A stretch of 64,000 nt of DNA from Octopus vulgaris (Eukaryota). The notes below the pieces were generated by a model that ran no database searches, was not told the origin of the DNA, and worked only from the letters and a program-made list of their open reading frames with translations. Location: the NCBI GenBank assembly GCA_951406725.2, contig OX597824.1, forward strand, positions 47,926,001 to 47,990,000, in the 5' to 3' direction. The position numbers and the translations under genes are program-made. Positions 12,458 through 24,400 of the stretch are shown one piece after another (the first letter of the stretch is position 1; each line of letters opens with the position of its first letter).

Positions 12458-15400
12458 TGTGTGTGTGTGTATGTATTTGTCCTCCACCACTGCTATACAA
12501 CTGATGTTGGTTTATGTCCTTGTAACTTAGCAGTTTGGTACAAGAGATTGATAATTAGTTAATTAGTTAGTTTAACTAATTATGCTGTACAATTAACTGT
12601 TAAATTAAAAGAAAAGTTTGAAGATGTACCAGTCACTGTATTCTTTGTAATTGATTTGGATATACACTCCTGAAAACATTCATAATCTAGCAAAGTGAAC
12701 CTTGATTTACCCATCAGAAGAATTACAGTGGGATTGCTCTTACTAAACAATCATTGATGCTTCTTACTACTTGCTGTGACTAGCCAGAACCTGGACTATA
12801 CCTGAGAGCTCTTAGAGTATCCACTTGGATTATACCTGAGAGCTCTTACAGTATCCACCTGGATAATTTATCCCTATATACTCGTCATACATATACATAT
12901 TTATACATATATAAAGACAGAGAAGGGTTTGGTTGTACAAATAGTGGAAAATGTACTCAATATAGGTGGGAGAATTTATTCATTTGAAGCTGATGATTCT
13001 CTAAGGGTTTAGTTGAATAAATCAACCCCAATGCTTATTTTTAAGCCCATATCATATCAGTCTGTTTTTGCTGAATTGCTAAGTTATGGGGACATAAACA
13101 AGCCAACACCAATTGTCAAGTGATAGTGATGAGCAAACATCTATATATATAACAGGCTTCTTTCAGTTTCCATCTACCAGACTCAGTCACAAAGCTTTGG
13201 TTGGCCTGGGGCTATAGTGGAAGACACTTGCCCAAGGTGCTGCACAGTGGGTCTGAACACAAAACCACATGATTGGGAAGCAAGCTTCTTACCACACAGC
13301 CATGCCTGTGCCTACATATAGTGTGAAAAAAAAAAAAAGAAAGAAAACTTATTTTCTTGTATACACACACATAAATATAGTATTTATACCTCATCATAAT
13401 CGTCATTTTAACATTTTAGCAACTGCTATTTGGTGTTAGACAGGTTTTCAGTACAGTATGTTATCATTCCTCTCAATCCTGTTTTCTATCTCATCACCTA
13501 TATATATATATATATATATATATATGAAGTTGGCCTCATCAGTTTTTATTTCCCTATGTTTCAAGTCAATCACACTCTTCTTTTCTGTCATAGTTGACCA
13601 TTCCATTTACATGACATTTTCATACCATGAAAGATGGGACAAACAAATTTGCTTTATTTTCAGTTCTCACCTGATTTAAAAAGTTATTATTGGAACATAC
13701 ATTGATCATAATTATAACAGTTCAGCTATGATTTCTTATATTGACTTGGTTATTATTAAGAGTACACATTGATTATTGCAGTATGGTTATAATTTTCCAT
13801 ATTGTGACTGCAAGTTGAGATTAAAAGTTTTCTTTAATGGACATCATCTTGCCCAGTAGTAGCACATGTTTCAAGAATTTTCCTAATAGTCCTTTGATTT
13901 GTTAATAAATCATGACAAATAACAGTTCAAAAGATTTCTAATATTTCATAGAAATAAACTGGGCAAAGTTCAAAGAGCTTCTACCTCTTGGCAACAAAGG
14001 ACCTCTCACTCAGAGTGAAAGGCAGATTGTATGATGCCCGTGTATGTACAACTATGCTATATGGCAGTGAAACATGGGCTGTGACTGCTGAGGACATGCA
14101 TAGGTTTGTAAGAAATGAAGCTAGCATCTTTGTTGGATGTGCAATGTCAGTGTGCATGTATGATAGAGTATGAGCATCTTGAGAAAAAAGTTGGGCATAA
14201 GAGGCATCTGATGTGGTGTGCAAGAGATGACTGTGCTGATATGGTCATGTGATGTGTGGACGAGGACAGCTGTGTAAAGAAGTGCTGATCTCTAACTGTG
14301 GAGGGAACCTGTGAAAGAGGTAGACCCAAGACATGGGACAAGGTGGTGAAGCATGATCTTTGAATGTTGGGCCTTATGGCGGTAATGACTAATGACTGAG
14401 ACATTTGGTGATATGCCATGCTTGAGAAGATCCATCAAGCCAAGTGAAATTGTAGTTGTGGTTGATAGCATTGGGACTCATGAAGGCAATGTGACTGATG
14501 CCGGAGTCATGTAACTAACTCTTGTGCTGGTGGCACGTAAAAAGCACTTATTGAGCATTGGGCCTCATAGTGACAAAGATAAATGCTGGTGTCACACAAC
14601 TAGCACCCATGCCAGTGACATGTTAAAAGCACCCTTTACACATCGGAGTGGTTGGTGTTAGGAAGGGTATCCAGCCATAGAAACCATGCCAAATCAGACT
14701 GGAGTCTGGTGCAGCCCTTTAGCTTACCAGCCCTAGTCAAACCATCCAATGGAAGTTAAATGATGCTGCTGATGATGATGATAATATAATTAGATTCTAA
14801 TATAGGCAATAAACTGACCTGAATGTTCATTATTCTCTGAGTCAAAGATTTCCACTGGAAAATTATAAAATGACAGATTAATACAGAAATCATGAGATGT
14901 AATGATGTAACTCTATATCACCAATAGATAGTTTTTATCTCAACTAAAAGTCATCTGATTTAAGTATACACAATGTTGGTCAAGAACACAAGAATAGATT
15001 TTGCTCATATAGATTTGCTTTTGGTATAAAATTAATAAAATTACATCTTTGATAGAAGTTGGAGTACTGATCAGTCAGATCTATAATCAGGTACAAGAAT
15101 CGGCTGAAAAGTTCATAGGCTGACTAAGATACTCTCATGGAATGTGACCAAATGAGATTTATCTTTAAATATAGTTCCCCTTGCACTTCACACCCTTCTT
15201 CCATCAGTGCTACAGTGCTTGGATCCCTTTAGTGAAGTAGCTTTCATCCAGTTGCTCAAAAAAGTTATCAACAGATGATGTCATCATCACTGCGATACTG
15301 GTTTCCAGCCAAGTGATTTTTCATGTTGAGGAACAGATGATACACAGATGGCACCAATTCAGAAGAATAAGGAGGGTGATAAGCCAGTTCAAAGCCACAG

Positions 15401-18400
15401 TCATGCACAAGAACCATTGAAATCAATGCTGGAGCATTGTCAAGAGGAAACAAGATCCTTTCTGCAGTTTTCCTGGACATTTGGTCTTGATAACCTTTCA
15501 TAACTTCTTTGGCAACTTGGCAGAGTATTCTCTATTGACTCTTTTGAAAATAGACAATAAACACAATGCCCTTTGCATCCCAAAAAACTGAGACCATCAC
15601 CTACCCTGTGGGTGAAACAATCTTGGCTTTCTTTGGAGCAGGAGAGGTGTTTCCACTGAATACATTGTCTCTTTGTCTCTGGTTCAAAGTCATGAACACA
15701 ACACTCATCCTGGGTTAGGAAATGTTTGTGGAAACCAGCTGGATCTGTCTCAAACAATGTCTCAGATTTTCTTGTGATGTCATCAGCCTGGTGCACTTTT
15801 GATCAGGTGTCAGAAGACACGGGACTCACCAAATAGAAACCTTCATCATGCCAAGTTCATTGCGCAGCACATTCTCAACCCTCTCATGGGATATGCTAAT
15901 AGCATTGGCTATTTGATCTATAGTTAATCACCATGTAGTGAACATGAACAATGTTTTCCTTGGTGATGGTAGTTACAGGATGGTAGTTACAGGTCATTTT
16001 CAAGACTCCCTGTTTCCGTGTCATCCCCTAATGTAGCAGCCATGTCAGTATGAATCTCCTTGGGAGTTAAATGCCTTTTTCTGCTTGATAACACCATGGT
16101 GCCAAATTTTGTTGATTTTTAAGAGAAGTCACTACTAGTTACTTCTGAAGTCTTCTTTGAATAGTGAGATGTCAGTTTACCTGGAAAGAAACAATACAGT
16201 TATTAATAAGGAGAGTTGAAATTAATGCATGCAAGATATCACAGCTCTAGCATCACTTCTTCATAGTCAGCCTATGAACTTTTCAACCCATCCTCATATT
16301 GAAGCCAAGATCAATCTGTTTGTTAAGTATAATGTGTCTTGAATTACATTATTAATGTTTTTTTTTGTTTTTTAGGCAGTTGGCTGGATTTGAGGGAGAT
16401 ATAGTTGTTATTTTTAAGTGGAGTAAGAGACTGCTTTGAGGTTCCAATGAGCACATATATTTTTTTAATTCCTAGTGCTTGCAGTAAGAATTCACACAAA
16501 ATAATTGTGTTGCTAATGATTATGCCATGATTATTCACATATATTTTCATGTTTTATGAAGTGTTCATCAAAAAACTTAGCAATATAGAAGCTTAATGAA
16601 ACTGATAAATCTGTTGGGAATTAGATATCTACAAATCTTCATTATTTAATGAAGTTCATGCCCATATAAATTCATGCCCTTCTCACTATGTGAAGAAATG
16701 ATATGATGGAAAATATATCTATAGATGGAAATTGAGTCAAAAATGAAAAAGACATAAAAATTACTCACAACATTTATGGGTGAAGAGATTATCTAGTTGA
16801 AAATTATATAAAGGAAGATTTAAGGCTTGCTTTAAGATGCTCATTATCTCTAATTGTGACTGCTCATTCAATGAGAGTGCTGCCTTCATGAATTCTTCCT
16901 GAGGTCCCCCTTTTACCCCAGCTGCCAACACAAGAACAGCAATCTGAAATAATCCAATTACAGAATACAATCAACTTTTGATTTAACAAAAACATTCACT
17001 GCAAGCTAGTAATATATCATCATCATCATTTAATGTCAGTTTTCCATGCTGGCATGGGTTGGACGGTTTGACAGGAGCTGGCTAGTTGGAGAGTTGCCCA
17101 TACATGATTTGTCAGTTTTGGCATGTTTTCTATGGCTGGACACCCTTCCTAATGACAACTACTTTACAGAGTCTGCTGGGTGCTTTTGCATAGCACCAGC
17201 ATGGGTACTCTTACATGGTGCCAACATGTGTTCTTTACACTTGGTGCTGGCATGAGTGCTATTTATGTGGCATCAGCACAAGTGCTTATTATGTGGCACT
17301 GGCACAAGTGCATTTTACATGACTAAGTGCTTTTTATGCAGCACCAGCATGGGTGCTTTTTACATTGAGCTAGCACAGGTTGTAAAGGACATGCCTGTAT
17401 GCATGGATGGCCACAGTTTTACTTAGCTTCTCAAGCACAACACAATGCCATAAGTCTCAGTTTCTCGTCATCTCCTCAATGAGGTTGAATCCTAAGACTC
17501 ATAAGGCTGGAGCTTAATGTGGTTTCCATGGTATATATGCGATAAAGATTATATCATTCTCCATTGAATGGGACACTATTTCTTTGCAGAGTTAACTTCC
17601 CAGCTATTGATGGGACTCATTTACTGCTGAGTGGACAGGACCAATGTGAAATGAAGCTTTTTGCTCAAGAACACAACACATTGCCTGACCTGGGAATTAA
17701 AACTATGATCTTACAATTATGAATGCAACACCTTAACCACTAGGCCATGCATCTTCACATTATGTATATATACAGCAACAATACATTAGATGGTCGGTGG
17801 TGCATGTTCTATGTAGGGTCACCATTTTAGAAGGAATGATGATCTAGAATGTTGGGTTTACCATTATAGAGAGGTTGTGGTCTCAGGTGGTGAAACCATC
17901 TAATAACAACTCCGTTCAGAAGGCTGGAATAATGCATATATGCCAGTGGGGAAAGAGAGAGACACAACAGAATAGAATGTTTTAGAGAAGTTTTATTTGA
18001 TATGTCAACCTGCGTGTCTGTGTGTGAGTCATGTATAGAGAATAATAGACAGGCTGTCATGAGAACTAAGTGCATAGACATGGATGTATGCATGTGCGTT
18101 AAGTACATATAAGAATAACAATGAGGAAGAAACAGTGAGAGAGTCTGTAACGAGAAGTTAAACGAATGTTCATAGACACAAGAATGAGAACTACCAGTTT
18201 GTAGTTAATTGTACATGATAATAGAAATGCTGTATCAAGAAGTTGTGGTGTTGATGCAGAGATAGTTGTGGTACGTGCCATACGAAGTTGTAGCTGCAAT
18301 GCTGCTGCCTGGGTTACTTGTACAGGAGTTCTCACAGGATGTGTATTCGCTGTTAAGCATAGTGAAGTAATTCATGAACAGTGCTATGTTGGAACCTGTG

Positions 18401-21400
18401 CTAGTTGCTGGTTGAGCATTTAAAATAACACTTGTACATAAATATGTGGATACAAACAGTATATAGACCAATGATATCCTTAAATAGCTTACCTTGGCAA
18501 AATCCAGTTCATTATCTTTGTCAAAATTTACTTGCTCAACAAGTTTATAATCATATTTATCTAGAAATGAAGACATTGTTTCTCAGTTAGTCATGCCAGC
18601 AAGAACAAGGAGTAAAATTAGAAGATCATCATCTAGGATTAGTATTAACTAAAGACATTCATCCATCTTCACATTCTGAGTTCAAATTCTGCCAAGGTTG
18701 ACTTTGCTTTTCATTCTTTCGGGGTTGATAAAATAAGAACCAGTTGAGTACTGGGATTGATGTAATCAACTTAACCCACTTCCCCGAAATTACTGGCCTT
18801 GTGCCAAACTTTGATATCAATATTACAAAGGTGTTTTGATCTCATTACATTCATTTTTATCTATGGTAGTAAATATGATACTTCTTCATCATCATCATTT
18901 AATGTCCATTATCCATGCTGGCATGTGTTGGTCGGTCTGACTGGGCTGGCACACTGGAAGACTGCACCAGACTCCAGTCTAATTTGGCATGGTTTTCTAT
19001 GGCTGGATGCCCTTCCTAACGCCAATCACTCTGAAAGTGTAATGGGTGCTTTTATGTGCTACTGGCACGGGTGCCATTTGTATGACACTGGGGTGCGTTT
19101 ATGTGCTACTGGCATGGGTGCCAATTTGTGTGACACCGGTATGTGCCACGATTGCAATTTTGCTCAGCTTGACTGCGATTGTGCTCAAGCACAATATAAT
19201 GTCAAAGGTCTCAGTCACTGCCGCTGTGAGGCCCAACACTTGAAAGGCACTCAGCCACTTCACCTCTGAGAGACCAACAAATTTTTTTTAAATATGAATA
19301 GTATTATATGTCCATCATCATTCAACATCTGTTTTCCATGCTGGCATGGATTGAATGGATCCACAGAAATTGGCAAGTCACCAATTCCTGCTGTCTGCTT
19401 TGGCATGGTTTCTATAGCTAGATGTCTTTCCTAACATCAACCACTTTACAGAGTGCACTGTGTGATTTTTATGTGGCACCAGCAACAGTTAGATCACAAA
19501 GTAACTTGCAAGACAAAACCCCTCAACTGAGGTGGGAGTAGGCTTGAGAGACAGATAAAGGAATCTTGCATTCTAGGGAAACATGACTGCCTCAGTGGAG
19601 AGTGAGACATAGAGAAAAGTGACAGTGAGCAGGCCAGTGACTGGAGAGGTTGAGTGGGTGACTTCCTGAGATTGCAAAAGGAGAGTGGTGATCTGCTGAT
19701 TTCCCTAAAGGAGCAACTATCAAAAAGCAGTTGTTATGCATTCATAATGTAGAAGGACAAAGTAAGCAAAATTTATGTTCCTTAAAGGATATAGTTCAAT
19801 GCCTTTTTGTGAACTGGAGGTATTTATGTGACTTTAAACTGAACATCTGAACACTCCCCAGTGTCACCTTTTCATTTAGTTTCCTTCCCTGGGATACATG
19901 ATCTCTATAAAATAGTCTAACAATACTTATCAAACTGAAACAATCACAAAATAACTGAGTCAAAAAACTACAACAATAAAGAATATAGTAAAACAACATA
20001 CCCTCAATAAACTTCTGTATAATTTCAAAGCGTTCTTTCTTTGTATTCACATCATAAGAAGTAGCTTTTCTAAATAAAACAAATGAATAACTGTTACAGA
20101 TTATATTTTAGAAAACCACTGATACCTTGTCTATACTTTCATTAAAATTTGAACTCTTCTGAAAACTATAACTGACTAAAGGAATTTAATATATTCTTTA
20201 TCTTTTACTTGTTTCAGTCATTTGAAGTAAGGTGGAGAGGAGGTTCCACTAGGCTCCTCACAGGCAAGGAACACAGGTACAAGATTTTCTGGGCAGGGAA
20301 CACTGACGGGGTCGGGGGCGTGGGTATACTTCTTGCGGAGAAATGGGTAGATAAGGTAATCGAGGTAGTCAGAGTAAGTGATAGAGTACTTAAGATTAGA
20401 TTAGTGCTTCACCATAGGTCAGCTACCATCATCTCGGCATATGCCCCTCAAGCATGGCTACCGGAAGGGCAGAAAGACCAATTCTACGAAACCCTATTGC
20501 AGACTACCTTGCTGACAAATGACAGTGACCTTCTCTTTGTGGCAGGTGATTTCAATGGACATGTTGGATGGCATTTCGGGGGCTTCCATGGCGTTCATGG
20601 AGGCTACGGTTTTGGCTCCCGAAATGAGGAGGGAACCAGGGTGCTGGAGTTCTGCGATGCAAATGACCTTATGGTTTGCAATACCAACTTCAGGAAACCC
20701 ACCTCTCACCTACCGTTCTGGCAGACACACTAGTCAGATTGACTACATCCTCGCCAGAAAGAAGGAAAGAGGGCTGCTTATAAATGCCAAAACCTTTCCA
20801 GGCGAAGAATGTACTCCTCAACATAGATTAGTAGTTAGCGACATCAAATGGTTGCCCAGAAGAAGACCAGCTTGGAGGAGAAGGGTCTGGAAGCTTAAAG
20901 ATCCTGCAAATGGACAGAGATTTAGAGACATACTACTCAAAGCCTTTGACGAAATAGAAGGGGATATAGCTTCACTTAATGTGGAAGACAACTGGAGATT
21001 TCTACGGGACAATCTGCTGACAGCCACTGACCAGATCTGTGGATGGAGCAAAGTCCCATCTCGACCCAGAGTAACGTGGTGGTGGAACAAGGTGGTTGAC
21101 AGAGCTATTAGACAAATGAAACAGGCTTGGAGGGACTGGAAGAACGGTGGTAGCAGGGAATTGTATCAGACAGCCAGAAGGGAAGCTAGGAGACAGGTGT
21201 ATTTAGCCAGAGGGGAAGCGGATAAGAAAAAATTTGCCAATGTTCTGCGCCGTGAGGATGAAAGACTTGAGGTATTTCATGTTGCAAGACAGTGTGTGAG
21301 AGAGAATCGTGATGTGGTAGGAGAGAAATGTGTCCGCATGGATGATGGTTCACTTGCGCTAAATGAGGATGCAAAGAGAGAGGTTTGGAGATGCCACTAT

Positions 21401-24400
21401 GAAAGGTTGCTGAATAAAGAAAATGAATGGGATAAAGAGAGTCTGCCAAATGTCAACCCAACAGAGGGACCAGCCATCCAAGTTGACAGTTCCAAGGTAG
21501 TTAAGGCAATTAGAAGCATGAAGACAGGGAAAGCCCCAGGCCCATCAGGAATTACTGCAGAGATGCTCAAAATATCTGGCAGTGTCGGCTATAACCTAGT
21601 CACCCGTATAGTTAACCAGGTGATACACGAAGGAGTCATACCCAATGACTGGTGTAGCAGCATACTAGTCAACTGCTACAAAGGTAAAGGAGACGCCCTA
21701 GATACAAATAATTACAGAGGTATCAAGCTGTTGGATCAAGTAATGAAGGTTACAGAGAGGGTCATAGCCCAACTGATTAGGGAGAGAGTCAACTTGGACA
21801 AGATGCAGTTTGGTTTCATGGCAGGGAAAAGCACCACTGATGCCATATTTCTGATGAGACAGCTGCAGGAGAAATACCTAGCCAAAGATAAGCCCCTGTA
21901 CCTGGCTTTCGTTGACATGGAGAAAGCCTTTGACAGGGTCCCCCGATCCCTTATCTAGTGGTCAATGAGGAAACTAGGGATAGATGAATGGCTGGTGAGA
22001 GCTGTGCAAGCCATCTACAGGGACGCCGTAAGTAAGGTTAGGGTTGGCAACATGTACACAGAAGAATTCAAAGTAGAGGTTGGGGTCCACCAGGGTTCAG
22101 TACTCAGCCCCCTCCTATTTATCATAGTCCTCCAGGCAATTACGGAGGAATTCAAGACAGGTTGCCTCTGGGAGCTCCTATATGCTGACGACCTTGCTAT
22201 AATTGCTGAGTCACTATCAGAACTAAAGGAGAAGTTCCAGGTGTGGAAGGAGGGTCTAGAATCGAGGGGCCTTAGAGTCAACCTAGCTAAAACCAAAGTA
22301 CTAATAAGTAGGAAGGTAGACAATCCACAAATGTCTTCAGGAAGATGGCCCTGCTCGATCTGTAGAAAAGGTGTAGGTAGAAACTCTATAAGATGTACCC
22401 AGTGTAAGCTATGGACACATAAGAGGTGCAGCAATGTCAAAGGAAGGCTAACTGGGAAGATAGTTTTGTATGTGGCAAATGCTCGGGAGCATTAACCTCT
22501 GAAAATCTGCAGAAAACAACTTCCGTCACTTTCCAGGGGGAAAAACTAGAAGTAGTTGATAGCTTCCGTTATCTTGGTGACCAAGTCAGTAGTGGGTGTG
22601 GGGGTGCTGAAAGTGTAACGGCTAGAGTAAGAATAGCCTGGGCAAAGTTTAGGGAGCTCTTACCTCTGCTGGTGACTAAAGGCCTCTCGCTCAGAGTAAA
22701 AGGCAGACTGTATGATGCATGTGTACGAACAGCCATGCTACATGGCAGTGAAACATGGGCCGTGACTGCTGAGGACATGCGTAAGCTTGCGAGAAATGAA
22801 GCCAGTATGCTCCGATGGATGTGTAATGTCAGTGTGCATGCTCGACAGAGCGTTAGTACCCTGAGAGAAATGTTGGACTTAAGGAGCATCAGTTGTGGTG
22901 TGCAAGAGAGACGATTGCGCTGGTATGGTCATGTGGTGAGAATGGATGAAGATAGGTGTGTGAAAAAGTGCCAATCCCTAGAAGTGGAGGGAACCCGTGG
23001 AAGAGGTAGACCCAGGAAAACTTGGGCTGAGGTGGTGAAGCACGACCTTCGAACTTTAGGTCTCACTGAGGAAATGACCTGCGACCGAGACCTTTGGAAA
23101 TATGCTGTGCGTGAAAAGACCAGGCAGGACAAGTGAGCCCAGCCCACTTATGCATGCCTTTCCTCCCTTAGACACACAAAGACCTGTTGAGGCAAGCGAA
23201 GTCGATATCGAACCTCATCCGACGACAGGCACCTATGCCTACCCCGCTTTGCTTGCGAAGACCTGTTGGGGCAAGTGAAATCGGAATCGAAATTGAACCA
23301 ATCCTATGACTGGCACCTGGCAGATGCCAGGACCCCTGGACTGGAGATACGTAAAAAGCACTATCCGAATCGTGGCCGATGCCAGCGCCGCCTCGACTGG
23401 CTTCCGTGCAGGTGGCACGTAAAATGCACCAATCTGACTGTGGCCGATGCCAGCCTCGCCTGGCTCCAGTGCAGGTGGCACGTAAAAAGCACCCACTACA
23501 CTCACGGAGTGGTTGGCGTTAGGAAGGGCATCCAGCTGTAGAAACATTGCCAGATAAGACCGGAGCCTGGTGCAGCCTTCTGGCTTCCCAGATCCCCAGT
23601 CGAACCGTCCAACCCATGCTAGCATGGAGAACAGACGTTAAACGATGATGATGATGATGATGATGATAGTGCTTTCCTATCTTTCCAGTTTCCCTCCTCA
23701 GTTACCTTTGCAAATGTATATGCTCTAATTTGTTGAGTACTCTCTATGTGTACATTTACTTTCCTATTCCCACCTCACTAATACCCATTTCTGATCTTTC
23801 TTTCATCATTGTTTCCTTTCCAAATTGCATTATCCCATTATCTCATTCCAAACACTTACTTTCTCAAATTCCTCCTCCTTCTCAGACATTCATTCTTTTT
23901 GAATCCCTTTCTCCAATTACTCGTCATCAAAGGCTTGACTGTTGATGTCATAGCCCTTTCTTTCTGGCTCATCTCATCCCCACACACCTCCTTGATCTCA
24001 AAGATCACCTCCATACTTTGCTCTATGTCAAAATCTGCCATCTACCTGGGTGGACGCCTCCCACACTGTGACCTCTCCTCCAGCGAAGCAACAATTCTGT
24101 GAACATCCAAGACATGATGCAGTATTCCATCCACAGAAATGTTAGTTTTGGAATCAACAGCCATCACTGTTCCTCTTTTCCACTGAGATGTACATCATGC
24201 CTTCGGGGCTTGACCCAGTCTTCATCTCCCACCTTCACGAAGACAGTCCTTCTCTCTTCTGCAGGGCATTCTGATGGCTTACTTGGATGCCACCATTCAT
24301 ATCTGAATATCACTTTGTGTGACCCAGATTCTTTGGCCTGTCCTGACTAGGGTGACATATTGCACCTGAATACTGCTTCCAGCGGTGAGATGTGCTCCCT

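Noticed and set aside
12630-12669. 40-nt AG...GT candidate exon
   Set aside because: Weak donor, and inclusion would shift the frame; not needed for the model.
18235-18576. ORF starting MSSFLDKYDY as the gene start
   Set aside because: The Met lies in the intron upstream of a good acceptor at 18561, and upstream exons complete the CH domain.
20519-23136. RTE as an active, intact element
   Set aside because: It is 5'-truncated and has two frameshifts and an in-frame TAG.
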